DNA of 32,000 nt, taken from NCBI GenBank assembly GCA_004284765.1, contig NQJD01000021.1:8758-40757 (forward strand), read 5' to 3'. The position numbers and the translations under genes are program-made. Below the pieces are notes generated by a model. The model had not been told where the DNA came from. It did no database searches and saw only the letters and a program-made list of their open reading frames with translations. The stretch is from Candidatus Electronema aureum. GTDB lineage: Bacteria > Desulfobacterota > Desulfobulbia > Desulfobulbales > Desulfobulbaceae. The first letter of the stretch is position 1. The number at the start of each line of letters is the position of its first letter. Below are positions 5,878 through 15,012 of the stretch, in pieces.

Positions 5878-8493
5878 TTACTGCAAGCTCTTCGCCATCA
5901 CCTCGCTCACATCCCGCGACAAGCCCGGCAGCGCGGCGATCTGCTCCAGCGTCCGCCGCATGAGCTGCTGGCGGTCAGCATCATAGCGTTTCCATTGCGT
6001 GAGCGGAGTCAGCAGCCGCGCTGCCGCCTGCGGGTTCATCGGATCAAGCTCGGCCACGCAGTCGGCAAGGAAGGCGTAGCCGCTGCCGTCCGGGGCATGA
6101 AACTGGCGCAGATTGCCGCCAAAGGCCCCGATCAGCGAGCGCACCTTGTTGGGATTCTTCATGCTGAAGGCCGGATGGAGCAGCAGCTCTCGCACCCGCT
6201 GCAAGGTGCCGGGCAGGCTGCACGTTGCCTGAAGAATGAGCCGCTTGTCCACGACCAGCGGATCGTGCTGCCATTTAGCGTAGAACTCCGCCAGCAGCGC
6301 GTCGCCAGCGGCACGGTCAGCATTGACCACTACAGCCAAGGCAGCGGCGGCATCGGTCATGTTGTCCGCCTGCCGGTATTGATTCACGGCCAAGTCGAGC
6401 AGATCAGCGGCAACAACTTCCCCCGGCGCGGCGGCTGAGAGATACGCCAAGCAGCAGTTACGCAGCGAACGGCGACCTGCCTCGTCGCCAGAGTAACAAT
6501 ACGGTGCCGCGCTGCTCAATTGCTGATAGCGGGCTAGCAATTCCGCCTGATGCCGCTGCCTGAGCTGACTGCGGAAACCCTGCCGCACGATGAACACCGC
6601 TTCCGGGTCAATCACCGCGAGCTGCTGGCTGATCCAGCCTTCCGCAGGCAGCACCAGAGCGAGGGCGGGAAAGGCCGGGTCGCTTTCCTCATCCGCCAGT
6701 AACCGGGCGAAAGCCTGCTGAAACAGCTCCGGCAGCATTGCCGCCCTGCCCTGCTGCCAGTCAGCAATTCCTTGCAGCAAACAGCGCAGGCCGAGCTGCT
6801 GACCTGCGTCCCAGCGGTTGAACGGGTCGCGGTCATGGGCCATGAGAAAGGCCAGCTCCTCGTCCTGCAAATCGGACTCCACTTTGACCGGCGCGGCAAA
6901 GCTGCGGTTGAAGGACAGCACCGGCTTTGCCGCAATCCCGGTGAAACGGAATTCCTTGGTCTCCTGATCCAACAGCAGCACTTCGTCGCGGATGTCCTTG
7001 CCGCTGCTGTCAAGTAAGCCAATTCTGACGGGCATGAAGAAAGGCTGTTTCTCCACCTGTCCCGGTGTTGCGGGACAGGACTGGCTGACGGTCAGCACAT
7101 AGTCCTGATCCGCCACGTCATACTCCTGAGAAACCCGCAGCGACGGCGTTCCGGCTTGATTGTACCAGAGCTGGAACTGGCTGAGATCAAAGCCGTTGGC
7201 ATCCTGCATCGCTTGGACAAAGTCCTCACAGGTCACGGCTTGGCCGTCGTGCCGCTGGAAATACAAATCCATGCCCTTGCGGAAGCCAGCCGCGCCGAGC
7301 AGCGTGTGCAGCATCCGTATCACTTCCGCGCCCTTGTTATAAACCGTGGCGGTGTAGAAGTTGTTGATTTCGACATACGACGCAGGCCGCACCGGATGCG
7401 CGGTCGGACCGCTGTCCTCGCGGAACTGGATGTTACGGATATAGTTGGCATCCTGAATCCGCTGCACGGCCCGCGACCCCATGTCCGCCGAGAATTCCTG
7501 GTCGCGGAACACAGTCAGCCCTTCCTTGAGACTGAGCTGGAACCAGTCGCGGCAGGTGATGCGGTTGCCGGTCCAATTGTGAAAATACTCGTGAGCAATG
7601 ACCGCCTCGATGCCCTCGTAATCGCTGTCCGTGGCGGTCTCAGGCTGGGCCAGCACATACTTGGAATTAAAGACGTTCAGCCCCTTATTCTCCATCGCGC
7701 CCATATTGAAATCATCCACGGCCACGATCATGTAGGTGTCGAGATCGTATTCCCGCCCGAACACCTCTTCGTCCCAGCGCATGGCTTTCTTGAGCGACTG
7801 CATGGCGTGAGCGCACTTGTCGCGGTTGCGCTCCTCGACGTAAATGTGCAGGCTGACTTCGCGGCCCGACATGGTGGTGAACGAATCTTCAATGCGGACG
7901 AGCTGACCCGCCACCAGCGCGAAAAGGTAGCTAGGCTTAGGGAAAGGATCGTGCCACGTGGCGAAATGGCGGCCATCGTCGAATTGGCCTTGCTCAATCA
8001 AGTTGCCGTTCGAGAGCAGCACCGGGCAGCTTGCCTGCGGACCAATCACCGTGACTGTGAAGACGGCCATCACATCCGGGCGGTCAGGCCAGCAGGTGAT
8101 GCGGCGGAAGCCCTCGGCCTCGCACTGGGTGCAGTAGTTGCCGGAGGAGAGATACAGCCCTTCCAAGGCGGTGTTGCTTGCCGGTGCGATGCGCGTTGCA
8201 ATCTCCAGCTCAAACTGCTCCGGCACTGCCTCGATGCGCAGCGTGCCGTCCGCAAAGATGTATTCTTCAGCCGCCAGCCTGCGTCCGTCCAGCGCGACCG
8301 AGACCAATTCCAGATGCTCGCCGTCCAATTCCAGCGCAGCCTGCTGGTTCTCCGCCGCCGGATTGCGCCGGAAGCTGCTGCGGGCCGTGACCTTGGTCTG
8401 CGTCGGGTCAAGCTCGACGGTCAGATGAACGGCGGAAACCGTGAAGGGATAAGGCGTGTAGTCTTTCAGGTGAATCGCGCTGTGCTGGGGCAT
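5878..8493 (-). CDS. pepN: Aminopeptidase N (M1 family zinc metallopeptidase)
   Basis: 871 aa. Contains the GAMENKGLNVFN exopeptidase motif and the zinc site HEYFHNWTGNRITCRDWFQLSLKEGLTVF (HExxH-18-E). Length and architecture are typical of PepN. Confidence 0.95.
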   Translation of the reverse strand: MPQHSAIHLKDYTPYPFTVSAVHLTVELDPTQTKVTARSSFRRNPAAENQQAALELDGEHLELVSVALDGRRLAAEEYIFADGTLRIEAVPEQFELEIATRIAPASNTALEGLYLSSGNYCTQCEAEGFRRITCWPDRPDVMAVFTVTVIGPQASCPVLLSNGNLIEQGQFDDGRHFATWHDPFPKPSYLFALVAGQLVRIEDSFTTMSGREVSLHIYVEERNRDKCAHAMQSLKKAMRWDEEVFGREYDLDTYMIVAVDDFNMGAMENKGLNVFNSKYVLAQPETATDSDYEGIEAVIAHEYFHNWTGNRITCRDWFQLSLKEGLTVFRDQEFSADMGSRAVQRIQDANYIRNIQFREDSGPTAHPVRPASYVEINNFYTATVYNKGAEVIRMLHTLLGAAGFRKGMDLYFQRHDGQAVTCEDFVQAMQDANGFDLSQFQLWYNQAGTPSLRVSQEYDVADQDYVLTVSQSCPATPGQVEKQPFFMPVRIGLLDSSGKDIRDEVLLLDQETKEFRFTGIAAKPVLSFNRSFAAPVKVESDLQDEELAFLMAHDRDPFNRWDAGQQLGLRCLLQGIADWQQGRAAMLPELFQQAFARLLADEESDPAFPALALVLPAEGWISQQLAVIDPEAVFIVRQGFRSQLRQRHQAELLARYQQLSSAAPYCYSGDEAGRRSLRNCCLAYLSAAAPGEVVAADLLDLAVNQYRQADNMTDAAAALAVVVNADRAAGDALLAEFYAKWQHDPLVVDKRLILQATCSLPGTLQRVRELLLHPAFSMKNPNKVRSLIGAFGGNLRQFHAPDGSGYAFLADCVAELDPMNPQAAARLLTPLTQWKRYDADRQQLMRRTLEQIAALPGLSRDVSEVMAKSLQ

Positions 8494-8607
8494 GGTCTGG
8501 CTGAAGGTTGAAGTAGAAGCGAAGGAAAGTTTGAGAAAATCTAAAGCACCATTGCCCGGATTGCAAGGGACAAGTGATATGAGCAGACAAGCGAGGGCCG
8601 AGAGGGG

Positions 8608-8645
8608 GAAAAGAAAAAGGAGCTAACTTGCATGAAGTTAACTCC
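8608..8645 (-). terminator. Rho-independent terminator downstream of tRNA-Arg
   Basis: Reverse strand reads GGAGTTAACTT-CATGC-AAGTTAGCTCC (8645-8619), an 11-bp stem with one mismatch. It is followed by TTTTTCTTTTCC and begins 13 nt after the tRNA 3' end. Confidence 0.6.
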
Positions 8646-8658
8646 TTGAATATTTACT

Positions 8659-8735
8659 TGGTGCACTTGGCAGGATTTGAACCTGCTACCCCCGGATTCG
8701 TAGTCCGATGCTCTATCCAGATGAGCTACAAGTGC
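8659..8735 (-). tRNA. tRNA-Arg (anticodon ACG), CCA encoded
   Basis: Reverse complement reads GCACTTGTAGCTCATCTGGATAGAGCATCGGACTACGAATCCGGGGGTAGCAGGTTCAAATCCTGCCAAGTGCACCA. The acceptor stem is GCACTTG/CAAGTGC. D-loop AGCTCA..GGATAGAGC, anticodon loop CT-ACG-AA and T-arm GGTTCAAATCC are all present. Confidence 0.95.
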
Positions 8736-8746
8736 AATGAAGGTAC

Positions 8747-8775
8747 TATTTAGCAGAAATTTGCATTCTCCACAA
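8747..8775 (-). promoter_or_regulatory. candidate sigma-70 promoter for tRNA-Arg with an A/T-rich upstream element
   Basis: Reverse strand reads TTGTGG (8775-8770), 17 nt, TAAATA (8752-8747), 11 nt before the mature tRNA 5' end. The 14-bp palindrome TTTTTTGCAAAAAA (8781-8794) sits just upstream and resembles an UP element. Confidence 0.35.
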
Positions 8776-8938
8776 GCTCTTTTTTTGCAAAAAAGGGTGC
8801 CTCCCGTAGCTCCAGTACATTTTCCTGAACAGATTCCGCTGCTCTTCTGTGCGAAATATTTGGGCAGTTTTTTTCTTTTGTGGTAAATTGCTTTGGCTGC
8901 GGGCCGCGACCGTTTCCCAATTCAAGAGGCAGAATCCT

Positions 8939-9751
8939 TTGCAGAACAACAAGATCACAGCTTGGGCCACACCCTTTTTCCATTTTGGCGACCAATGCCT
9001 TGCCTTGCTCTCTGACTTGGGCAGCATGGGCCTGTTTCTGCTGTCCGCTTTTGCGGGCCTGTTTCGACGGCCTTTTCGAGGCCGGGAAGTGCTACGGCAG
9101 CTGAGTTTCATCGGTGCTGGTTCGATGGCCGTCATATTCTTCACCGCGCTCACTTCAGGCATGGTGCTGGGTTTGCAAGGTTCCTATACACTGAAGAAAT
9201 TCGGGGCAGAGGGAATGCTGGGTTCAGCGGTTTCCTTGACCTTGATTATGGAGCTTGGCCCGATTCTGACCGCGCTGATGGTGGCGGGTAGAGCAGGTTC
9301 GGCTATGTGCGCCGAAATTGGCATTATGCGGATCAGTGAGCAGATTGACGCGCTGGAGTGCATGGCGGTCGATCCTTTCCGCTACCTGATTTCTCCCAAG
9401 CTACTGGCGGCCATCATCTCTGTGCCGTTGCTCACCGCCATGTTTGATGTAGTGGGCATTTACGGTGGCTACTTAGCCGGAGTCAAGCTGATGGGTGCTA
9501 ATTCTGGTTCCTATTTCAGCAGTATGATGCTCAGTATCACCAATCACGAAATCCGCATCGGCGTGATCAAATCCTTTGTCTTTGCCCTGTTGGTAGTTTG
9601 GATCAGCAGTGGACGCGGCTATTTTGTTCATCGAATTCGTGGCGCGGGCTTTGGCGCGGAAAGCGTCAGCAAGGTAACAACCCAAGCCGTGGTGCTTTCC
9701 TCCATCGCTGTGCTTATTTTTGATTACTTACTGACAGCGGTGTTGTTGTAA
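8939..9751 (+). CDS. mlaE: Phospholipid ABC transporter permease MlaE
   Basis: Frame of ORF 8849..9751. Family blocks are RQLSFIGAGSMAVIFFTALTSGMVLGLQG, ELGPILTALMVAGRAGSAMCAEIGIMRISEQIDALE and the multi-TM C-terminus. I prefer TTG 8939 because AAGAGG lies 9 nt upstream and the 270-aa product is MlaE-like in length. GTG 8849 from the track would extend into the tRNA promoter region. Confidence 0.88.
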   Translation: MQNNKITAWATPFFHFGDQCLALLSDLGSMGLFLLSAFAGLFRRPFRGREVLRQLSFIGAGSMAVIFFTALTSGMVLGLQGSYTLKKFGAEGMLGSAVSLTLIMELGPILTALMVAGRAGSAMCAEIGIMRISEQIDALECMAVDPFRYLISPKLLAAIISVPLLTAMFDVVGIYGGYLAGVKLMGANSGSYFSSMMLSITNHEIRIGVIKSFVFALLVVWISSGRGYFVHRIRGAGFGAESVSKVTTQAVVLSSIAVLIFDYLLTAVLL

Positions 9752-9762
9752 TGGAGGCAGAA

Positions 9763-10542
9763 ATGACGTATAGTGCAGCCGCTGCCGAGCAAAATGCGAT
9801 AGAATTTGTCCGGGTAAGTAAGACCTTTTATGCTGAACAAGGCCGTCAGCATCGGGTGCTGAACGATGTTAGCTGGGGTATTCCCAAGGGAAAAACTACG
9901 GTCATTGCAGGCGGCAGCGGTCAAGGCAAGAGCGTGACCCTGAAGCTGATTCTTGGTTTGCTCAAGCCGGACAGCGGTCAAATACTGGTTGACGGGCAAG
10001 ATGTAGCCCGCATGGGACAAAGTCAACTTCGGCAACTGCGCACTAAGTTCGGTGTGCTCTTTCAAGGGGCCGCACTCTTCGATTCGTTGACTGTGTTTGA
10101 GAACATCGCTTTGCCGCTCCGTGAGCGCACCAAGCTGAAGGAGGCGGAAATTCGCCAAAAGGTCATGGCCACCTTGGAGACCTTGGAGTTAGCCGGGCAT
10201 GAGGAAAAATTTCCTGCCCAATTGAGCGGCGGCATGAAAAAGCGAGTCGGCTTGGCCCGCGCCCTCCAGTTAGAGCCGGAAATTGTTCTCTTTGACGAGC
10301 CAACCACTGGATTAGACCCGCTGATGACCTTGGAAATCTACCGCCTCTTTGAGCGGATGCAGAAACAGCTCGGCTACACAGCGGTAATCGTCAGTCATGA
10401 CATTCCCAAAGTTTTCGAGCTGGCAGACCGGATTGTCCTCATCAATAAAGGTGAGGCTGATGTGTTTGCTGAAGCCAGCCAGATCATCAACTCGGACAAA
10501 CCGCATATTCGCGAATTTGCCGAAAAGACTATGGGTATCTAA
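9763..10542 (+). CDS. mlaF: Phospholipid ABC transporter ATP-binding protein MlaF
   Basis: Walker A GGSGQGKS, ABC signature LSGGMKKRVGLARAL and Walker B IVLFDEPTTGLDP are present. GGAGG (9753-9757) lies 5 nt before ATG 9763. ATG 9751, which overlaps the mlaE stop, is an alternative start. Confidence 0.9.
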   Translation: MTYSAAAAEQNAIEFVRVSKTFYAEQGRQHRVLNDVSWGIPKGKTTVIAGGSGQGKSVTLKLILGLLKPDSGQILVDGQDVARMGQSQLRQLRTKFGVLFQGAALFDSLTVFENIALPLRERTKLKEAEIRQKVMATLETLELAGHEEKFPAQLSGGMKKRVGLARALQLEPEIVLFDEPTTGLDPLMTLEIYRLFERMQKQLGYTAVIVSHDIPKVFELADRIVLINKGEADVFAEASQIINSDKPHIREFAEKTMGI

Positions 10543-10572
10543 TTCCTGCTGCTTAAACAGGAGCATCATTCT

Positions 10573-11025
10573 ATGAACACTAATTCCCATGTGGAAATCG
10601 CGGTCGGCCTCTTTCTCGTGCTGGGCTTGGTCGCCTTTGGTTGGTTGGCACTGCGGCTGGGCGAGGTTTCTTGGTTGACCGGCGGCAGTACTTATACCTT
10701 ATACGCAGAATTCGAGAACATTTCCGGGATCAAGACCGGATCGGAAGTACAAATCGCGGGCGTATCTGTAGGTTCAGTGGCCGAGTTGCACTTGAATGAA
10801 GATGGCAAGGCTATAGCTACCTTCAAACTGAACAAGGGCATACAAATTCCCAAGGATTCCATTGCCTCGGTTAAATCTCAAGGCATCATCGGCGACAAAT
10901 TCATTCGCATCATGCCCGGCGGTGACGAGACTAATTATCAGTCCGGCGAGATCATTGCCGACACTGAATCCTCATTAGACATCGAATCGCTGATTTCCAA
11001 ATTTGCCCTTGGCGGCGTGAAATAA
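10573..11025 (+). CDS. mlaD: MlaD (MCE-domain periplasmic substrate-binding component)
   Basis: 150 aa with an N-terminal TM (VEIAVGLFLVLGLVAFGWLAL). The MCE domain follows: YTLYAEFENISGIKTGSEVQIAGVSVGSV...SQGIIGDKFI. Confidence 0.85.
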   Translation: MNTNSHVEIAVGLFLVLGLVAFGWLALRLGEVSWLTGGSTYTLYAEFENISGIKTGSEVQIAGVSVGSVAELHLNEDGKAIATFKLNKGIQIPKDSIASVKSQGIIGDKFIRIMPGGDETNYQSGEIIADTESSLDIESLISKFALGGVK

Positions 11026-11037
11026 TTTCAGCACATC

Positions 11038-11805
11038 ATGAAGACTTATTTGCGCGTTGTGCTGTTGCTCTGTCTTGCTTTGTGTGGCAATACGGCGCAA
11101 GCAACGGAAAGCAGCGGTGAGACGAGTGTCTTAGACGATTCGTTTTACGAGTCCACGCCAAACGAAGATACCGTGCCTGATCCTTTTGAGCATTTCAACC
11201 GGCTGATGTTTGAAGTGAACGATGTCACGTACACGTGGGTGATGGAGCCGGTGGCTTCAGTCTACAGCAGAACGCTGCCAGAGGATATTCGGCAGGTAGC
11301 TGATAACTTTTGCTATAACTTGCAAGAACCAGTCCGTTTTATCAACGCTTTGCTTCAGCTTCGCTTTTCTGACGCAGGCATAGTGCTGACACGCTTCGCA
11401 GTCAACACCATCGGCGGCGTGGGTGGTCTCGGCGATGTTGCAGGCACCGAATTTGGCTTCAAGCGAGTAGAGGCTGGTCTCGGTGAGACGCTGGAATACT
11501 GGGGTGTGGGCGACGGCTTCTATTTAGTCATGCCCGTTCTTGGCGCAACTACCCTGCGTGAATTCGCTGGCACCACCGTTGATGGTCTATCTATGACTCC
11601 GTATTATTTTTTCGCCGATAGCTGGCGGGAAGGCGCGGCTATTTATATGGGCAGAAGGGTGAATAACCTCTCTCTGCGGCTCGGCGAATACGAAGGTCTG
11701 AAGCAGCTGACCATTGATCCCTATGCCGCCCTGCGCGATGGCTATTTTCAGAGCCGCGCTCAATCGCGGAAGCATTCCGCGCCTAGGACGGACGATAAAC
11801 TGTAA
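11038..11805 (+). CDS. mlaA: MlaA/VacJ family outer-membrane lipid-asymmetry protein
   Basis: Has a signal sequence, then the VacJ blocks DPFEHFNRLMFEVND, NFCYNLQEPVRFINALLQ and RFAVNTIGGVGGLGDVA. The lipobox is atypical (LALC|G). Confidence 0.85.
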   Translation: MKTYLRVVLLLCLALCGNTAQATESSGETSVLDDSFYESTPNEDTVPDPFEHFNRLMFEVNDVTYTWVMEPVASVYSRTLPEDIRQVADNFCYNLQEPVRFINALLQLRFSDAGIVLTRFAVNTIGGVGGLGDVAGTEFGFKRVEAGLGETLEYWGVGDGFYLVMPVLGATTLREFAGTTVDGLSMTPYYFFADSWREGAAIYMGRRVNNLSLRLGEYEGLKQLTIDPYAALRDGYFQSRAQSRKHSAPRTDDKL

Positions 11806-11819
11806 TAACGAGGTAAATA

Positions 11820-12434
11820 ATGAAAACAGTTTTACACAGCCTACTGATTTTAGTTGTACTTTCTTTTGCTGGAACAGGACGGGCTGCTACGCCGAATCCT
11901 ACCGAGCAAATCAAACCCTTTGTCAGCAAGGTCGTGGATCAGCTAAAAGACCCATCCTTTAAAAAGGACACTGTTGACAATCGGATAGATAAGATTGTGA
12001 CATTGGTCTCTGAGCGTTTTGACTTTGAGGAAATGTCTAAACGGGTCGTGGGCAAACCTTGGCAGCGACTGACTCTGGCCCAGCGACAAGAATTCGCCAC
12101 CCTCTTTGCTAAGTTGCTCGGTCATGTCTATATTGACAAGGTTGATACCTATGTAGCGATGAAGATTGAGTTTGGCAAAGAGCAGCTCAAGGGCGACCGG
12201 GCCGAAGTCAAAACCATGTTTGTTGATGCGACCAAGAGCATTCCAGTCTCTTACGTTATGATCCTAAAAGGCGACAAATGGATGGCCTATGATGTCTTTG
12301 TTGAAGGCATCAGCTTGGTGCGCAACTACATGGAGCAATTCAAAGGCATTCAGCAGGATAAACTGATTTCCACGCTGGAAATCAAGCTACAAGAGCTGAA
12401 GGCAGAAAGCGAACGTAAAGGCGCAACGCCCTGA
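11820..12434 (+). CDS. mlaC: MlaC/Ttg2D periplasmic phospholipid-binding protein
   Basis: Signal peptide ...GTGRA|AT. Contains the FDFEEMSKRVVGKPWQRLTLAQRQEFATLFAKLL and KWMAYDVFVEGISLVRNYMEQF blocks typical of the Tol/Ttg2D family. It is the last gene of the mla cluster. Confidence 0.8.
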   Translation: MKTVLHSLLILVVLSFAGTGRAATPNPTEQIKPFVSKVVDQLKDPSFKKDTVDNRIDKIVTLVSERFDFEEMSKRVVGKPWQRLTLAQRQEFATLFAKLLGHVYIDKVDTYVAMKIEFGKEQLKGDRAEVKTMFVDATKSIPVSYVMILKGDKWMAYDVFVEGISLVRNYMEQFKGIQQDKLISTLEIKLQELKAESERKGATP

Positions 12435-12445
12435 CAATGAACAAT

Positions 12446-12475
12446 GCCGCCGGAGTAATTCGTTTCTCCGGCGGT
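12446..12475. terminator. GC-rich hairpin between convergent mlaC and yhbY (possible bidirectional terminator)
   Basis: GCCGCCGGAG (12446-12455) pairs with CTCCGGCGGT (12466-12475) over about 10 bp around a 10-nt loop. There is no clear U-tract on either side. Confidence 0.4.
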
Positions 12476-12482
12476 CATCGTG

Positions 12483-12821
12483 TTATTCAGCAGGCAGATT
12501 GATGCGCTGCTCTGATTTCAGCTTTTTATTTGGCAAATAGAGCAAGATGGTTCTGCCGATTAGTTGCACCACAGCTGCACCGGTCTGAACGGACAGAGCA
12601 GTAGCAGCCTCTTCGGCAGAGGTGCCACAGTTTTGGCCTATTTTTACTTTGATCAGCTCGCGGGTCTTGAGAGCATCGCGGGTTGCGGCGGCTATACTGT
12701 CGGAGAGACCCTCCTTGCCCAGATAGACCACTGGAGTGAGATGGTGTCCTATACCGCGCAGAAATCTTTTCTGTTTTCCCAGCAGATTGACTTTGCTTTT
12801 TCCCTCGGTTTCCAATTTCAT
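12483..12821 (-). CDS. yhbY: YhbY/CRM-domain ribosome-assembly RNA-binding protein
   Basis: LGKQKRFLRGIGHHLTPVVYLGKEGLSDSIAAATRDALKTRELIKVKI...VVQLIGRTILLY matches the CRS1/YhbY fold signature. I chose the internal ATG 12821 (MKLETEG...). The TTG 12905 start in the track adds 28 aa unrelated to the family. Confidence 0.8.
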   Translation of the reverse strand: MKLETEGKSKVNLLGKQKRFLRGIGHHLTPVVYLGKEGLSDSIAAATRDALKTRELIKVKIGQNCGTSAEEAATALSVQTGAAVVQLIGRTILLYLPNKKLKSEQRINLPAE

Positions 12822-12946
12822 AATTCCTGAGATGCTGTTATGCTGAAGAGGTGCGAAGAGCCGCAGCGTTCTGCGGCAGGCTATTAGTGCCATACCCCGG
12901 AGCAAAAGTCCAGCCCTGAACAGGAAACATCAAGGTTTTTCTAACG

Positions 12947-13399
12947 ATGAAAGCAGAGAGAATACAACGGGCCGCCGATATACGCGGCTTCACCCTGATT
13001 GAGCTGATGGTGGTGATCGTGATCCTCGGCATTTTGGCCGGCATGATCGTACCAAGAATTATGGACCGGCCTGAAGAGGCACGGCGAACCAAGGCAGGAG
13101 TCGATATTGGTGCCATAGGGCAGGCTCTGAAGCTGTACAAATTAGATAACGGTAAATATCCCACGAGCGAGCAGGGCTTGACCGCCTTGGTTGAGCCGCC
13201 CGCTGTGGGCAGCTTGGCGAAAAAATGGCGAGAGGGCGGCTATTTGGATAAAAAAACTGTGCCGAAAGACCCTTGGGACAACGATTACGTCTATATCAGC
13301 CCAGGAATGCACGGTGATTTTGATCTAATGTCCTATGGTGCAGACGGCCAATCCGGCGGTGACGGCGATAATGTGGATATCAACAGCTGGGAGCAGTGA
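12947..13399 (+). CDS. gspG: Type II secretion major pseudopilin GspG
   Basis: Prepilin leader [14 protein letters not shown]|[17 protein letters not shown]. GspG-specific C-terminal blocks are [30 protein letters not shown] and [20 protein letters not shown]. Confidence 0.95.
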   Translation: MKAERIQRAADIRGFTLIELMVVIVILGILAGMIVPRIMDRPEEARRTKAGVDIGAIGQALKLYKLDNGKYPTSEQGLTALVEPPAVGSLAKKWREGGYLDKKTVPKDPWDNDYVYISPGMHGDFDLMSYGADGQSGGDGDNVDINSWEQ

Positions 13400-13907
13400 G
13401 GTCAGCGATCAGGGCTTTACCTTGATTGAGCTGATCGTCGTGATGGTGCTGATCAGTCTGACCGCTTCCTTTGCTATTCCGCAGATTCGTTCAACTTTAT
13501 TCACCAACGAGCTAACTTCGGCAGTGCGTCGTTTTGTCGGCTTAGTGGCAGAAACCGGCCAAGAGGCCCGACTGAAGCGATCAGCAGTGGTTCTTCGCTA
13601 CGACGACAGCAAGCGGCTGTTCACTGCCGCACCTGCTGAAGAGGACGATAGCAATGAAAAAAAATTCCAAGAAATACGATTGGCTGACTCAGTACAGGTG
13701 ACAAGCATTGTTGCTGCCCACAGCGAAAGCAGCACCGACCTTAATATCCGTTTCGATTCCCGTGGCTATGTGGATAAAACAGCAGTGCATTTCCGCCATG
13801 AAAACGGGGAAGAACTGACAGTGCTGCTGTCTCCTTTTCTTGGCGTGACCAGAATTCTTGACGGCCATGTTTCGTTGGATGATGACCGCATCATGCTGAA
13901 TCAATGA
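13371..13907 (+). CDS. gspH: Type II secretion minor pseudopilin, GspH-like
   Basis: Prepilin motif DQG|[15 protein letters not shown]. The size and its position after gspG fit GspH. The start is uncertain: ATG 13371 gives a 15-aa leader, while ATG 13335 from the track gives 27 aa. Confidence 0.7.
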   Translation: MWISTAGSSEVSDQGFTLIELIVVMVLISLTASFAIPQIRSTLFTNELTSAVRRFVGLVAETGQEARLKRSAVVLRYDDSKRLFTAAPAEEDDSNEKKFQEIRLADSVQVTSIVAAHSESSTDLNIRFDSRGYVDKTAVHFRHENGEELTVLLSPFLGVTRILDGHVSLDDDRIMLNQ

Positions 13908-14320
13908 CTGATAGCAAGAGCAAGGAAGCTGCCTTCACCCTGCTGGAAGTGATGGTGGCGGTGGCGGTGATTGCCATGTCTTTTGTTGCCCTGCTTTCTT
14001 CTCAGTCGCAAAGTCTTTCCATCGCTGCCATTTCCCGTTTTGAGACCTCAGCTGCACTCTTAGTCCGCCAAAAATTAGCCGAACTTGAGGCTGAGGGCTT
14101 TGACAGCTTAAGCAGCGACAGCGGCGAGTTTGTCGATGATTTTGCCGAGTACCACTGGCAGGCTGAGGTGAAGGAGCTGGCCGAGGATGAAATCGGCATC
14201 AAGGGTAGCGACGGGATACTGAAGCTCATCGAGCTGACGGTAGGCCGGGGCGAAAAGGAGACCTTCGAGGTACGCACTTTGGTCATGACCAAAATCGAGC
14301 CTGTCGAGAAGCAACCATGA
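13904..14320 (+). CDS. gspI: Type II secretion minor pseudopilin, GspI-like
   Basis: [10 protein letters not shown]|FTLLEVMVAVAVIAMSF, 138 aa. Its start overlaps the gspH stop (ATGA). Size and position fit GspI. Residue -1 is Ala, not Gly. Confidence 0.72.
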   Translation: MTDSKSKEAAFTLLEVMVAVAVIAMSFVALLSSQSQSLSIAAISRFETSAALLVRQKLAELEAEGFDSLSSDSGEFVDDFAEYHWQAEVKELAEDEIGIKGSDGILKLIELTVGRGEKETFEVRTLVMTKIEPVEKQP

Positions 14321-15012
14321 GCTACCGTGCGCGGGCCGGATTTACCTTATTGGAAATCATGTTGGCTATGCTGGTATTGGGCATGGTGGTGGCAATGGTA
14401 TCTGTGTCTTTATCCGGCTCGATTAAGATAATTGAAGGTACGTTAGATCAGGGCGATGTGTATTATCGGGCGCAGGTTGCCTTTGAGCGAATCAGCGAAG
14501 ACCTGACCTCAGCCCTGCTGCCAGAAGATGCGGATTTTATCAGCGACCAAGAAGCAGGCAGCAGCGGTCAGAACAGTGTCCTTTCCTTTGCTTCGATGAC
14601 CCATTTAGTTTTTGACTCGAAAAATGGTCAGCCCGGTCTTGGTTTAATCAGCTATGCGGTGCAACCGGACAAGGACAATCCCAAGCACCTGCTTCTTCTG
14701 CGGGCTGACAGTCTGCATCGGCCTACAGACGGGGAGAAAAAAAGTGGTCAAGAAGTCGAAGCCTTTCTTCTTGCCGACCGACTGCGCTCGGTGAAATTTA
14801 CTTTCCGTGACCAGAACGGCGAAGAGCAGGAAAGCTGGGACACCACGGCTACCGAAGAAGACCCAACCAAAAAACGCCGTCTGCCTGCGGCGGTTTCCTG
14901 CCGTTTGGAGTTCTGGCTCGATGACGAGCAGGAGACCTCCATTTCGTTTCAGACCACGGTGCTGCTGCCGGTTGGTTTGATTCGCCCGGCGGAGCAAGAC
15001 GATGCTGCGTGA
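14317..15012 (+). CDS. gspJ: Type II secretion minor pseudopilin, GspJ-like
   Basis: MSYRARAG|FTLLEIMLAMLVLGMVV, 231 aa. ATGA overlap with gspI. Size and position fit GspJ. Confidence 0.7.
   Translation: MSYRARAGFTLLEIMLAMLVLGMVVAMVSVSLSGSIKIIEGTLDQGDVYYRAQVAFERISEDLTSALLPEDADFISDQEAGSSGQNSVLSFASMTHLVFDSKNGQPGLGLISYAVQPDKDNPKHLLLLRADSLHRPTDGEKKSGQEVEAFLLADRLRSVKFTFRDQNGEEQESWDTTATEEDPTKKRRLPAAVSCRLEFWLDDEQETSISFQTTVLLPVGLIRPAEQDDAA

Noticed and set aside
5845-6438. 197-aa + strand ORF beginning inside the end of the TPR-CHAT gene
   Set aside because: It overlaps the 3' part of pepN on the opposite strand. It is Arg/Ala/Gln-rich with no family resemblance.
7156-8511. 451-aa + strand ORF, the second longest non-annotated ORF in the window
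   Set aside because: It lies entirely antisense to pepN, which has unambiguous GAMEN and HExxH-E motifs. Its R/A/G/V/L-rich translation has no motifs. This is the typical shadow ORF of a GC-rich gene.
8659-8735. tRNA-Arg as an integration site for a genomic island
   Set aside because: No integrase gene is nearby and I noticed no direct repeat of the tRNA 3' end by eye. The flanks are core genes (pepN, mla operon).
8849-8938. ORF-track start codons that extend genes upstream: mlaE GTG 8849, guaB 28075, yhbY TTG 12905 and NYN gene GTG 24978
   Set aside because: The extensions add residues unrelated to the families and overlap neighbouring genes or promoter regions. Internal starts have better Shine-Dalgarno spacing and family-typical N-termini.
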